From: Longimicrobiales bacterium
Lineage (GTDB): Bacteria; Gemmatimonadota; Gemmatimonadetes; Longimicrobiales; Gaopeijiaceae
Direction: 5' to 3'
Assembly: GCA_965219445.1 (NCBI GenBank)
Contig: CBDCNQ010000005.1
Coordinates: forward strand, 96,001-160,000
DNA: 64,000 nt
Within the stretch, counting starts at the first letter, position 1. Each line of letters opens with the position of its first letter. The notes beneath the pieces are model-generated. The model was not told where the DNA came from. It searched no databases and saw nothing but the letters and a program-made list of their open reading frames with translations. This document shows, piece after piece, positions 42,058-52,774 of this stretch. The translations under genes and the position numbers were made by a program.

Positions 42058-42969
42058 TCAGTTTGCGCTCCAAAATCCGGATAACGACGCACCGTGCGGA
42101 CTTTCACGTAGCTTTTCGAACGCGCGGTTCCGAATTTGCCGGATCCGCTCGCGGGTCACGCCGAGCAGGGATCCGATCTCCTCGAGTGTACGCTCTTCAC
42201 CGTCGTCCAAGCCGTAGTAGAGGTAAAGAATCTTCCTCTCTCGCTCGGTGAGATAGCTGTCGAACATGGTATCGAGGAAATCCCGACGAGCGATGGCTTC
42301 CACGTCTTCCTCAATGTCGGTCGCCTCGATTCCGGCGAAGCGCTCACCGAAGCTTGCGCTGTTACCGTCGCTGCGGTCGATGGGAGCGTCGAGGCTCAAT
42401 TCGCTGGCGGCCACCCTTCGAAGAGCACGAATCGTTTCGATCGGCTCTTCCATCTCCCGAGAAATTTCCTGGATTGTGGGGGAGCGGCCAAGCTGTTGAG
42501 TGAGGGCGGTATCGATGCGGGCGAGTTTGGCGAGGTTGGAATTCTGATTGAGAGGAATTCGAACCGATCGCGTTTGCTCCGCCAGCGCCTGGAGTACGGT
42601 TTGGCGGATCCACCAGACGGCGTACGAAATGAACTTGACACCCTTGTCCGGGTCGAACTTCTTGACCGCTTTCAGCAGCCCCTCGTTGCCAATGCACACG
42701 AGTTCGGCGAGTCCCAAGCCACGACCCTGGTATTTCTTCACATAAGAAATAACGAACCGGAGATTTGCCGTTACGAGTCGTTCGGCGGCTTCTTTGTCTC
42801 CTGATCGGGCCCGCCGTGCGAGAGCCCGTTCCTCAGCCGGATCCTGAATAAGGGGGTATTTCTCGACGTCTTGCAGATACTGGTCGAATGAGTCCAGGCC
42901 TCGGGAAGTCGAAAACATTCGTGCCGGGCGCCTCGTCTGAGGTGATGACGTGTCTCTAACAGCAACCAA
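42058..42969 (-). CDS. RpoD/SigA-family sigma-70 factor lacking region 1.1
   Basis: Motifs ANLRFVIS..KKY, FDPDKGVKFISYAVWWIRQ, RSVRIP, SLDAP and TLEEIG..LGVTRERIRQI. Confidence 0.95.
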   Translation of the reverse strand: MVAVRDTSSPQTRRPARMFSTSRGLDSFDQYLQDVEKYPLIQDPAEERALARRARSGDKEAAERLVTANLRFVISYVKKYQGRGLGLAELVCIGNEGLLKAVKKFDPDKGVKFISYAVWWIRQTVLQALAEQTRSVRIPLNQNSNLAKLARIDTALTQQLGRSPTIQEISREMEEPIETIRALRRVAASELSLDAPIDRSDGNSASFGERFAGIEATDIEEDVEAIARRDFLDTMFDSYLTERERKILYLYYGLDDGEERTLEEIGSLLGVTRERIRQIRNRAFEKLRESPHGASLSGFWSAN

Positions 42970-43085
42970 TCCAAGCCACTTCGCGATAGTGCTACCTACT
43001 CCCGAGGCAAGGGAACAGATGTTTCACGTTACGTCGCGAAGGGAAAATAAACTAAAACTTTTGTTTCCGACGTCAAAGGGTTGGC

Positions 43086-44879
43086 CTAACGGCCCGCCGA
43101 AGGATCAGGTAAGATGCCTTGGCCTACGCCGGGGCGGCGGCTCCGACGTAACTGCCTGTCCTCGACCCCGCGTATCAGCCCCAACAGCTCGGCTGAGATG
43201 CGGAACGTGGGTGCGCTGAACGCATCGGGGCCGTTGAGTGGGAACGCTACGTCGATCCGGGTCAGGCCTCGAGTCCCGGCCGGCACCCCGATCCTCAGTC
43301 CGACTCCGGCCGTGGCCAGAGTGCCGGAATCTTCTCCGAAGGGAGCTCCTCCTTGCCAAATCGATCCGACGTCGGCGAAAGCGGTCATTCCCAGATCCAT
43401 GAAGCCTCCGCCCGGGGACCCGAGGTAAATCCGATCCTCCAGGGTGGCGATCAGGCGTCGTCCTCCCGGAAGGTCGTCGACACTGTAGCCTCTCAGCCCG
43501 GTCGATCCACCCAACGTCAACTGAAACGGACCGGTTACCGACCAGCCGCCGGCACCGGAGACACGCGCGAAGACAGTGTGTCGTGAGGTCTCCGCTGGGC
43601 GCCAATAGGAATAGATATCGAACTCACCGAGCATGTCCTTCCATCCGTCGTCGGCTCCGCCAAATATCTGTCGGCCTTCGAGGGTGATTGCCGAGGCGAG
43701 CACCCAGCTTCCGGACGCCAATCCGCCGAAGAAACGAACCCGCCCGAAGAAATCGGAGTCCTCATTCGTGGCGTTCGATCCCAGAAACGGGATGCTCTTG
43801 CCGAGCACGAGGGCCACCTCTCCGCCGATCGGGACATCTTGAACCCCCGTGAGGGCGTCCAGGCGGCGGCGCTGCTGAAAGGAAAGGTTTCTCTGGGCCA
43901 GGACCAGGTTCACGCGGGTCGTCGAGTAATCACGGACCTGTGGGACCAAGGTGTCAGAAATCCCAGGGGGCGCAGGCTCTGCATTATCGAAGTCTCGATC
44001 CTGGACGACCTCCGCCCCGTCCGAGAACGTCGTGTATTCCCACCTTTCCCTCGAGAGTCCGGCACCGAGGATGCTGAGCCGTCCCGGACGTCCAATTCTT
44101 CCTGCTACCGTGATCTCGCTCGACTTTTGCCCGAAGGGCTGTACGACGTGGGAGTACGTACCTCCTGCGGGGAGGGTATAGGCAAACAGGTCCTCCTCCC
44201 GGACGAACGACTGCACCGCCGCGTATCGGCCGACCTCCCCTACAAAGGGATAAGAGAAGCGTTGCTGGATGGAACTCCCGGCCCGGGTTTGACTGGCTTG
44301 TAGCTGGGTGTCCCAACGAGTGCCGAGGAGGCGGGTGGTCGCGAAACTTCCTCCAATAGCGAGACGTTCCCGATTGTCACGGTAGAACCCCCGGACGGCC
44401 ATGCCTCTTCCAGCCAGGTTCGTCTCCGTGACGTCGATCCCAAGGAACTCGAAACCCTCTTCGAACCGGAAACGCGGGTCGACTCGGAGAGTCCAACGGT
44501 CCCAGGTTTCGACGATGACATGCACGGATCCGTCGGGTTGGCGCACCCCGGATGTCTCTACCCGGTCGATGAAGCTCAGTTGGCGGATGAGTCGCCCGGA
44601 TTCCTCTACGAGAAACGGGTCATAGCAGTCGCCGACCTCAATGAGGAGTTCGCCTCTCAGAAAGTTCTCATTCGTGTCGGGGTGGAGCCCGTTCGCGAGG
44701 TTGGAGAACCAAGGAAGTGCGCCCGCATCTGTGGAGGCGTCCATATCGAAGATGGAATGAGGGCTTACGAGGATCGCCGATACTTCCCCCTGGGGGCATA
44801 CTTGGCCGGCGAGCGCCGTGGCCGATGTGGTACCAAGGAGGGCAAGTAACGTTAACATATGGGTGGAATGAAGTGCCAT
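43086..44879 (-). CDS. Omp85/BamA-TamA superfamily outer-membrane protein (POTRA-like region + barrel)
   Basis: Signal peptide, a POTRA-like segment, ETNLAGRG, LGGSTGLRGY, FADVG.IW, and GVGLRIG...RIDVAFP. Confidence 0.8.
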   Translation of the reverse strand: MALHSTHMLTLLALLGTTSATALAGQVCPQGEVSAILVSPHSIFDMDASTDAGALPWFSNLANGLHPDTNENFLRGELLIEVGDCYDPFLVEESGRLIRQLSFIDRVETSGVRQPDGSVHVIVETWDRWTLRVDPRFRFEEGFEFLGIDVTETNLAGRGMAVRGFYRDNRERLAIGGSFATTRLLGTRWDTQLQASQTRAGSSIQQRFSYPFVGEVGRYAAVQSFVREEDLFAYTLPAGGTYSHVVQPFGQKSSEITVAGRIGRPGRLSILGAGLSRERWEYTTFSDGAEVVQDRDFDNAEPAPPGISDTLVPQVRDYSTTRVNLVLAQRNLSFQQRRRLDALTGVQDVPIGGEVALVLGKSIPFLGSNATNEDSDFFGRVRFFGGLASGSWVLASAITLEGRQIFGGADDGWKDMLGEFDIYSYWRPAETSRHTVFARVSGAGGWSVTGPFQLTLGGSTGLRGYSVDDLPGGRRLIATLEDRIYLGSPGGGFMDLGMTAFADVGSIWQGGAPFGEDSGTLATAGVGLRIGVPAGTRGLTRIDVAFPLNGPDAFSAPTFRISAELLGLIRGVEDRQLRRSRRPGVGQGILPDPSAGR

Positions 44880-44968
44880 TAGATCCCTTGTCAGGCGATG
44901 GTCACGCGATGAACGCGCAACGTCCTACCTGACTAATTTAACCCATACCCTCTCCGCGAGGCTTCCGA

Positions 44969-47233
44969 ATGGACGCTCGTAGCAAAGCGGCCCTCGAATA
45001 TCACACCACGGGCCGGCCCGGGAAGATCGAGGTGATCCCCACCAAGGCGCTCAATACGGAGCGAGAGTTGTCGCTCGCATATAGTCCGGGAGTGGCGGCC
45101 CCATGTCTCGCAATCCGCGATGAACCCGACGCGGTGTTCAAGTACACAGCACGTGGGAATTTGGTCGCAGTCGTGTCGAATGGGACTGCGGTGCTGGGCT
45201 TGGGGAACATCGGTCCGAGTGCTTCGAAGCCTGTCATGGAGGGCAAGGGGGTACTCTTCAAGAAGTTCGCTGGCATTGATGTGTTCGATCTCGAGGTCGG
45301 ATCCGAGGACCCGGAGGATGTCATTCGTTTTTGCGAGCTTCTCGAGCCCACGGTCGGGGGAATCAATCTTGAGGACATCAGGTCGCCCGACTGCTTCATA
45401 ATTGAAGAACGCCTCCAGGCTCTGGATATACCGGTGTTCCACGACGATCAACACGGCACGGCGATCATCGCAACCGCGGCGCTATTGAACGCGTTAGAAA
45501 TCACCGGCAAGAAGGCATCGAAAGTACGGGTCGTGTTCAGTGGAGCCGGGGCGTCGGCAATTTCTACTGCGGAGCAATTCACCCGGATGGGCGTCGCACG
45601 CGACCACCTCATCTTCGTCGACCGTGAAGGGGTGATCCACGCCGGGCGTAAGAAGGGGATGAACGAATACAAGGCCCGCTTTGCGGTCGACACAGACCGG
45701 AGCACATTGGCGGAGGCGATGGACGGTGCCGACGTTTTCGTCGGGCTATCCGTCCGGGGAGTGGTCACGGGGGAGATGGTCGCCTCGATGGCGAAGCGTC
45801 CCATCGTATTTGCGTTGGCCAATCCCGATCCGGAGATCACACCGGAAGAGGTCGCCGAGGTCAGGGACGACGCCATCATGGCGACCGGGCGCTCCGATTA
45901 TCCGAATCAGGTCAACAACGTGCTGGGCTTCCCCTTCCTGTTCAGGGGAGCTCTGGATGTTCGTGCACGCGCCATCAATCACGAGATGATGAGTGCGGCC
46001 ACGAGGGCCCTGGCCGAGTTGGCGAAGGCCAGCGTGCCCCAGTCCGTGGCCGCCGCCTATGGCGGCGAGGTCTTCGAATTCGGTCCCGAGTACCTGATCC
46101 CAAAGCCATTTGACCCGAGAGTCCTTTTCTACGTGGCTCCGGCGGTGGCAAAGGCTGCGATGGACTCGGGCGTCGCCCGCGTAAGCATCGACGTGGAACA
46201 ATACGAGGACGGGCTCAAGGCGAGCCTGGGCCCCGGCGGAGAGGTGATGAGGGGCTTGATCGATCGGGCGCGCAAGCGTCCGATGAGAGTGGTCCTGGCC
46301 GATGGCTACAACGAACGAGTGATCCGTGCCGCCCAGGAGATCGTGGAAGAGGGCATTGCCGTGCCCGTGCTAGTGGGACGTGAGGCCAAGATCAATGATA
46401 TCGTCGAACTGCACGGCCTCGACCTGGAGGGTGTGGAGATCGTCCACCCGATCGTGAGCGACAAAGTACGACATGAGTATGCCGAAGCGCTCTACACCTC
46501 CCGGGAAAGGAAGGGTCTCACGCGTGCTGAGGCACGCTCGAGGATGTACCAGCCGGGCTATTTCGCCGGCATGATGGTCCGCCAGGGCGATGCAGACGCC
46601 ATGGTGGGAGGGATCGAGTCGCACTACTCCGAACTCATACGGCCGGCGCTGGAGGTCCTCGGACGGGCAGAGGGAGTGCGTAAGGTGGCCGCGATGTACG
46701 TGGTGGCGCTCAGAGATCGAGAACTGCTCTTCTTCGGTGACACTGCCGTGAATATCTCCCCGGACGCGGATACTCTGAGGGATATCGCACTGCTCACCGC
46801 CGGTTTTGTGGAGAAACTCGGGATCCGCCCGCGCATCGCCATGCTCTCGTTTTCGAATTTCGGATCTGTACGTCATCCCGAGGCGGAGAAGGTTCGACAA
46901 GCCGTGAAGCACTTGAAAAAGCTTCAACCGGAAATGGAGATCGACGGAGAAATGCAGGCCGATACGGCACTCAATACAGAGATTCTGCGGTCGCAGTACC
47001 CCTTTAGCGACTTGAAGAAGGCCGCTAACGTGCTCATCTTTCCGGGCCTCGCAGCGGCCAACACGGCCTATAAGTTGTTGGTGGAGTTGGGAGGGGCTGA
47101 GGTGATCGGACCCATCCTCTTGGGAATGAGGCATCCGGTACATTTTCTCCAGAGGGACGCCACAGTCTCCGATATCATAAACCTGGTGACACTCGCGTCG
47201 GTAGACGCGCAGGTTCGCTCTCAACAACCCTAG
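44969..47233 (+). CDS. maeB: NADP-dependent malic enzyme with phosphotransacetylase-like C-terminal domain
   Basis: Motifs [45 protein letters not shown], and PTA-like LSFSNFGS and DGEMQAD. Confidence 0.97.
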   Translation: MDARSKAALEYHTTGRPGKIEVIPTKALNTERELSLAYSPGVAAPCLAIRDEPDAVFKYTARGNLVAVVSNGTAVLGLGNIGPSASKPVMEGKGVLFKKFAGIDVFDLEVGSEDPEDVIRFCELLEPTVGGINLEDIRSPDCFIIEERLQALDIPVFHDDQHGTAIIATAALLNALEITGKKASKVRVVFSGAGASAISTAEQFTRMGVARDHLIFVDREGVIHAGRKKGMNEYKARFAVDTDRSTLAEAMDGADVFVGLSVRGVVTGEMVASMAKRPIVFALANPDPEITPEEVAEVRDDAIMATGRSDYPNQVNNVLGFPFLFRGALDVRARAINHEMMSAATRALAELAKASVPQSVAAAYGGEVFEFGPEYLIPKPFDPRVLFYVAPAVAKAAMDSGVARVSIDVEQYEDGLKASLGPGGEVMRGLIDRARKRPMRVVLADGYNERVIRAAQEIVEEGIAVPVLVGREAKINDIVELHGLDLEGVEIVHPIVSDKVRHEYAEALYTSRERKGLTRAEARSRMYQPGYFAGMMVRQGDADAMVGGIESHYSELIRPALEVLGRAEGVRKVAAMYVVALRDRELLFFGDTAVNISPDADTLRDIALLTAGFVEKLGIRPRIAMLSFSNFGSVRHPEAEKVRQAVKHLKKLQPEMEIDGEMQADTALNTEILRSQYPFSDLKKAANVLIFPGLAAANTAYKLLVELGGAEVIGPILLGMRHPVHFLQRDATVSDIINLVTLASVDAQVRSQQP

Positions 47234-47246
47234 CACCTGTGGACGA

Positions 47247-48872
47247 ATGTCGATAAAGACCGAGCGTGAAGCGGAAGTGATCGGGACCGGCGCGGTGGGC
47301 GTTGCTGGATTGGATATGCATGGGCTCGAGCCCCGTGAAGCCGTGAACTGGAATCTCTCGCCCGTTCAACTCTATGAGAGAGCGTTGGAGCGGGGCGAGG
47401 GCCGACTCGCTCACATGGGTGCCTTTACCGCCGTCACCGCGCCTCACACCGGCCGTTCTCCCGGTGACAGGTTCATCGTGAGGGAGTCGCTGACCGGAGA
47501 CACTGTGGATTGGGATTCCGTTGGCGCGCCCCTGAGCGAGGAGCACTTCTCTGCGCTCCGTGAGGAAGTCATCGCCTTTCTGAACGGGCAGGAGCTGTTC
47601 GTTCGAGACGCGCGGGTTGGTGCCGATCCCAATCACTCTCTGAACGTCCGGGTTGTGAATCACAACGCGTGGCACAACCTGTTCGCCTATAACATGTTCC
47701 TTCGGCCCACGCCTGGGGAGTTGGCTGCGTTTCAACCCGAATTCACGGTACTGCATGCGCCGGGGTTCCAAGCCGATCCCGCGAAGCACGGGACGGCCAC
47801 GGGGACCTTCATCGTGATCAACTTCAAGGAGCGCCAGGTCCTGATCGGTGCGTCCAACTACGCCGGAGAGATCAAGAAGTCCATCTTCACGGTGCTGAAC
47901 TACATGCTCCCCGATCAGGGTGTCCTGCCGATGCACTGCTCCGCCAACATCGGTCTGGAGGGGGACACCGCGCTCTTTTTTGGCCTTTCCGGCACGGGCA
48001 AGACCACGCTGTCGGCCGATCCGGAACGAAGGCTCATCGGAGACGATGAGCACGGGTGGGGCGGTGGCGGGGTGTTCAACTTCGAGGGAGGGTGCTACGC
48101 GAAGGCCATCCACTTGTCCCTCGAGAGTGAGCCGGAGATCTACCGTGCGACGCACATGTTCGGGACGATTCTGGAAAACGTGGTTCTGCGCGAAGGGACC
48201 TCGGAGATCGACTTCGACGACGCGACGATCACCGAGAACACGAGGGCCTCGTATCCCATCCATTACATTCCGAATGCCGCAATTCCGGGCCGGGGTGACC
48301 ACCCGAAGAACGTCATTTTTCTGACTGCGGATGCTTTTGGAGTACTGCCTCCGATTTCGAAGTTGACTCCCGAGCAGGCGATGTACCATTTCCTGTCGGG
48401 GTACACCGCGAAGGTAGCCGGAACGGAGCGCGGCGTTACCGAGCCCGAGGCGACCTTCAGCACTTGCTTCGGTGCACCATTTCTGCTGCGCCATCCGGGC
48501 GAGTACGCGAAGATGCTGGGTGAACGGCTTGACACTCATGGGGCCCGGGTGTGGCTTGTAAATACCGGTTGGAGTGGCGGTGGCTACGGCACGGGCAGCC
48601 GCATGAAGCTGTCCTATACGAGGGCCATGGTGCGAGCGGCCCTGGCCTGGGAACTGGAAGAGGTCGAGGCGGTGAGCGACCCGATCTTCGGGCTGCTCAT
48701 GCCCTCGGAAGTACCAGACGTGCCGCCGGAGATCCTGAATCCACGCGACACCTGGGCGGATGGCGCTGCCTACGACGCTGCGGCCGGGAAGCTGGCGAAA
48801 ATGTTCAGGGAGAACTTCCGCCGGTTCGAGGCGCAGGTTCCGGACGAGGTGAAGGCTGCGGGACCGAAGTAG
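47247..48872 (+). CDS. pckA: Phosphoenolpyruvate carboxykinase (ATP)
   Basis: Motifs TGRSP, YAGEIKKS, MHCSAN, FFGLSGTGKTTLS, LIGDDEHGW and FEGGCYAK. Confidence 0.98.
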   Translation: MSIKTEREAEVIGTGAVGVAGLDMHGLEPREAVNWNLSPVQLYERALERGEGRLAHMGAFTAVTAPHTGRSPGDRFIVRESLTGDTVDWDSVGAPLSEEHFSALREEVIAFLNGQELFVRDARVGADPNHSLNVRVVNHNAWHNLFAYNMFLRPTPGELAAFQPEFTVLHAPGFQADPAKHGTATGTFIVINFKERQVLIGASNYAGEIKKSIFTVLNYMLPDQGVLPMHCSANIGLEGDTALFFGLSGTGKTTLSADPERRLIGDDEHGWGGGGVFNFEGGCYAKAIHLSLESEPEIYRATHMFGTILENVVLREGTSEIDFDDATITENTRASYPIHYIPNAAIPGRGDHPKNVIFLTADAFGVLPPISKLTPEQAMYHFLSGYTAKVAGTERGVTEPEATFSTCFGAPFLLRHPGEYAKMLGERLDTHGARVWLVNTGWSGGGYGTGSRMKLSYTRAMVRAALAWELEEVEAVSDPIFGLLMPSEVPDVPPEILNPRDTWADGAAYDAAAGKLAKMFRENFRRFEAQVPDEVKAAGPK

Positions 48873-48932
48873 GGGTCTTCCTCAGCTTAGGAGCCCAGCG
48901 CGGGCAGCGCGTTTGTCCCGGGAGATGGATGT

Positions 48933-50261
48933 ATGACCCGTAGGGGCACCGCACGGATGATCGGGAGCGAGGATGTCCTCGCTGGCCAGAGGGAATTCTT
49001 GTTCCCCTCGGTCAGGCCGCTGTACGACGAGCCTCTAGTATTGGACGAAGGCGAGGGTGTCCGGGTGCGGGACGTCGATGGTCGGGAGTACCTGGACTTC
49101 TTCAGCGGAATCCTCACTACGTCCGTGGGCCACTGCCATCCCAAGGTCGTGGAGCGCGTCCAGGCTCAAGTCCGACGGTTGGGCCATACCTCTCCGCTCT
49201 ACGTCACCGAACCGCAGGTCGAGGCGGCTCGGCGTCTGGCCGAGATCGCTCCAGGGGGACTGAGCCAGACGTTCTTCACGAACTCTGGGACCGAGGCGAT
49301 CGAGACGGCCATTCACATGGCGTTTCTGCACACCGGGCGGAGCGAGATCATCGCTTTGCGGCAGGCCTACCACGGTCGGAGCTTCTTGGGGACGAACCTC
49401 ACAGCGATGAAGGTGTGGAGGCCGCTCCCTTCCTCGTTCCCCGGCGTCAAGCATGCGATGACCCCGTACCCGTACCGTTGTCCCTTCAAGCAGCCGTGCG
49501 ATGAGAGCTGCAGTGAGGCGTTCGCTCGCGATTTGGAGGATGTGATCAGCACGACGACGGACGGTCGTCCCGCTGCGTTCATCGCGGAGCCAGTTCTTGG
49601 CGTGGGCGGATACATCGTTCCACCGCCCGGCTACTTCGCCCGTGCGGCGGAGATCATCCGATCGTGCGGAGGCCTCTTCATCGTGGACGAGGTTCAGTCC
49701 GGATTCGGACGCACCGGAGGCCGCTGGTTCGCCATCGAGCACTGGGGGGTCGAGCCGGACATCATGGTCATGGCGAAGGGCATCGCGAATGGCGCGCCCG
49801 TCGGAGCGACCATCACGCGTCCCGACATCGCGACGTCCTGGAGACCCAAGACGTTCTCCACGTTCGGTGGGAATCCGGTTTCGATGGCGGCGGTCTGTGC
49901 GACGCTCGAGGTGATGGTCGCGGAGGACGTCCCGTCCCGCGCTGAGACGAGAGGCAACCAACTTTCGCGAGGGTTCGAGGAGCTGGAGGATCAATACAAC
50001 TGGATTGGTGAGGCTCGGGGCATGGGACTCATGCAGGCGCTCGAAATCGTACGTGACCCCCACACCAAGGAGCCCGCTCCAGAGACGGCGAAGGCCCTTC
50101 TCGAGGCGGCCAGGGAAGAAGGCCTGCTCATCGGTATCGGCGGCCTCCATGGGCACGTGCTCCGCATCGGCCCGTCCCTCCTGATTTCGGAAGCCGAGGT
50201 GGCCGAGGGTCTGGAGCGTCTCCGGCGGGCTTGCGAGCGGGTGGAGCAAATGGGATCCTGA
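48933..50261 (+). CDS. Class III PLP aminotransferase (AGXT2/GabT-like)
   Basis: Motifs YLDFFSG, NSGTEA, YHG, DEVQSGFGRTG, PDIMVMAKG and STFGGNP. Confidence 0.92.
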   Translation: MTRRGTARMIGSEDVLAGQREFLFPSVRPLYDEPLVLDEGEGVRVRDVDGREYLDFFSGILTTSVGHCHPKVVERVQAQVRRLGHTSPLYVTEPQVEAARRLAEIAPGGLSQTFFTNSGTEAIETAIHMAFLHTGRSEIIALRQAYHGRSFLGTNLTAMKVWRPLPSSFPGVKHAMTPYPYRCPFKQPCDESCSEAFARDLEDVISTTTDGRPAAFIAEPVLGVGGYIVPPPGYFARAAEIIRSCGGLFIVDEVQSGFGRTGGRWFAIEHWGVEPDIMVMAKGIANGAPVGATITRPDIATSWRPKTFSTFGGNPVSMAAVCATLEVMVAEDVPSRAETRGNQLSRGFEELEDQYNWIGEARGMGLMQALEIVRDPHTKEPAPETAKALLEAAREEGLLIGIGGLHGHVLRIGPSLLISEAEVAEGLERLRRACERVEQMGS

Positions 50262-50309
50262 GGCCTTATTTTGCCGGCGAGAAGTCTGTGGGGTCTCGCC
50301 CAGCCGCCG

Positions 50310-51698
50310 TCAGTTCGTACCGAAGCGTCGAGCGATCTCGTCGAGTCGGTCCTGAATGTAGGTTTCGGCGAACCAGCGACCCCTCACCATCACCCCTGCC
50401 CGGTCGGCCACGTTTCGAGTGTCGTCCAGCGGATTGGAATTCAGGAGGATGAGGTCCGCGCGGCGACCTACGGCCACGGTGCCGAACGTGTCGCTCCGCC
50501 GGAAGTACTCCCCCACGGCCCGTGTTCCCGAGACCAGGATCTCGTAAGAAGACATACCGGCCGCCGCCATCGCCTGCATCTCGCGGTGGAGCGAGAAGCC
50601 CGGCACTGAGAAGATCTGCGGCGAGTCCGTCCCCATGAGAATGCCCACCCCGCCGTCGGAGAGGGCCTTGAGCACCTCCAGTCTGTTGTTGGCCCACAGG
50701 TCGGCTGCGCCGGGATCCGCTGCGGCCTCCCGTGCGCTCTCGGCGTGTCTGCGAGTCCAGCCCTCGACGCCCTCGACCACGCCCGGAATGCTCTGCTTGG
50801 GCCAATAACGCATTTCGGGGCGGCTCGCCAAAGCTTCTCCATCACCGCGACCGATGATGCCAACGTCCCAGAGCACCATAGTGGGCACGACCCAGGCATC
50901 GGCGTTCTTTACCATGACGACCAGCTCGTCGAGGCTGCCCGGGTCGATAGGCTCGTCGAATGCGTTGAGGACCTCGATGAAGCCATCCAAGTGGTCGAAG
51001 GTTTCCTGGCCCATCTCGATGGCGTGCTCGAGTCCGACGTCGGCCGGTACGTGGCCGCCGAAACGGATGCCCACTTCGTGGGCAGTCAGGGCCATGGCGT
51101 CGTATTCAGGCACCGTCAGCCCAGGATGGATCTTTAGGAGGTCCCAGCCCTGTTCCTTTTGGGTGCGGACCCTCCGGGCGGCCTGCTCGGGAGAGGACAC
51201 TGAGCCGCCGCTGAAGCTGGGTCCTGCCATGTAAAGCGTGGGAGCCACGATCTCGCCCGCGTTCGCCTGGCGGCGCAGCTCCATGTGGCCGTCTTGGCCG
51301 AGCATACCCCGGACGGTGGTCACACCGTTGGCCACATAAAGGAACATCACCGCCTCCTCGATCTCCCCACCCGGCATGTGGCCATGCATCTCCGCCAGGC
51401 CGGGCATGAGGTATTTGCCCGTACCGTCGACCGTCGTGACGCCAGCAGGAACTCGGACCTCGTCGGCCGATCCCAGGCGCCGGATCCTGCCCTGTTCTAC
51501 GAGGACCGTTTGGTCCCTTAGGACTCGCTCGACGTCCATGGGGACGACGTTGACGTTGGTAAACGCAACGGCCTCGGGGGCGCTCTGTGCCGCGGGGTGC
51601 GGTGCGGAGAAGTCAGGTGCCAAGCCGGCCCGTGAGGCGGCCAGCATCGAGCCGCCCGAGACAACGGCGGCCAGCGCTATTGTGGTACGAATCTTCAT
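50310..51698 (-). CDS. Exported amidohydrolase family protein
   Basis: Signal peptide, MPGLAEMHGH, NGVTTVRGM, GHVP, DHLDG, GTDSPQ and ADLILLNSNPL. Confidence 0.88.
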   Translation of the reverse strand: MKIRTTIALAAVVSGGSMLAASRAGLAPDFSAPHPAAQSAPEAVAFTNVNVVPMDVERVLRDQTVLVEQGRIRRLGSADEVRVPAGVTTVDGTGKYLMPGLAEMHGHMPGGEIEEAVMFLYVANGVTTVRGMLGQDGHMELRRQANAGEIVAPTLYMAGPSFSGGSVSSPEQAARRVRTQKEQGWDLLKIHPGLTVPEYDAMALTAHEVGIRFGGHVPADVGLEHAIEMGQETFDHLDGFIEVLNAFDEPIDPGSLDELVVMVKNADAWVVPTMVLWDVGIIGRGDGEALASRPEMRYWPKQSIPGVVEGVEGWTRRHAESAREAAADPGAADLWANNRLEVLKALSDGGVGILMGTDSPQIFSVPGFSLHREMQAMAAAGMSSYEILVSGTRAVGEYFRRSDTFGTVAVGRRADLILLNSNPLDDTRNVADRAGVMVRGRWFAETYIQDRLDEIARRFGTN

Positions 51699-51711
51699 AC
51701 CGTGCCTCGTC

Positions 51712-52560
51712 CTACGGCAGCGCAGCCGCCATCTCGTCGTAAAAGCCAGGAATGCTTCTCCGCATGAAAAGGCCGTTCTCCGCCATGGTCCAGCTCAGAT
51801 CCGCCGTCCTGATGCGAGCGGATGCCTCACTCTTGCGCACACCCGACCTGATCAAATCCGCCATGCGGGCACGAACCGCCTCCATCTGATTACGAAAGTC
51901 CACCACATCGCTTCGATCCATGATCGCACCGTGACCGGGAATGGCGGTGTCGAAATCCAGTGCCAGAATGTTGTTCAAGGTAGCGACCCAGCCGGTGCTA
52001 CTGCCGCCATTGGCATAGTCGATAAACGGCGCGGTGCCATGAAGTAGATCACCTCCATGCACAGTTCTCAGATCAGGAAAATAGATCACCGCGTCACCGT
52101 TGGTGTGTCCACGGCCCATATACAGCGCTCGTACCTCAACGCCCCCGAGATAAACGGCAGTCTCATCGGTAAAGACCACTCTCGGCGGCGCGTCCTGGTC
52201 GCCTTTGACCATGTTGTCTCTGGCATTCTGGTGAGCGATGACTTCGGCGATGTTGATGTACTCCACGTTACCACCCGAGTGGTCACCGTGATGATGGCTG
52301 TTGATGACGTATTTGACCGGTTGATCACTCACCTGGCCGACCAGCTCCTGAATCTCACTAAAATTCCGCGGAAATTTGTCGTCGATCAGAATTGCCCCGT
52401 CCCGGGTAACGCGTACTCCGACGTTTCCTCCGCTACCGATGATGGCGTAGAGCCCATCCTTGACTCGTTCTATGGACAGGCTGTTTTGTGCGTGAGCGCC
52501 GATTGAGGCGGTCGCAACAAGGATGCTGCTCAGGAACATCCCTCTCATCAAGTGGCTCAT
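51712..52560 (-). CDS. Exported MBL-fold metallo-hydrolase (cyclase-like)
   Basis: Signal peptide (AHA/Q), GGNVG, NSHHHGDHSGGN, GHTNGD, GD and IPGHG. Confidence 0.9.
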   Translation of the reverse strand: MSHLMRGMFLSSILVATASIGAHAQNSLSIERVKDGLYAIIGSGGNVGVRVTRDGAILIDDKFPRNFSEIQELVGQVSDQPVKYVINSHHHGDHSGGNVEYINIAEVIAHQNARDNMVKGDQDAPPRVVFTDETAVYLGGVEVRALYMGRGHTNGDAVIYFPDLRTVHGGDLLHGTAPFIDYANGGSSTGWVATLNNILALDFDTAIPGHGAIMDRSDVVDFRNQMEAVRARMADLIRSGVRKSEASARIRTADLSWTMAENGLFMRRSIPGFYDEMAAALP

Positions 52561-52774
52561 AAATCCTCCTGCCGGCGCTCGGCGCCGCGGTTGGCGCTTT
52601 GGGTTTCAGCGCTTGACCATCGCTTGACCGTAGTACATGAAGGAAAGAAATAACTGGGCTCCACTCTAATCGCGAGGTGCTTTCCTGAATGGCTACGAGA
52701 AGGCAGTTTGTCTCGTTGACCGCAGCGGCCGCCATCACGGCCAGCATGCTTGGCTTCTAGAGGAGGAACCTCCC

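Noticed and set aside
47175..50249. Long antisense ORFs (47175-48539, 49035-50249, and similar ones elsewhere such as 8117-9346 and 22973-24223)
   Set aside because: Shadow ORFs opposite well-supported genes, as expected from high-GC codon bias.
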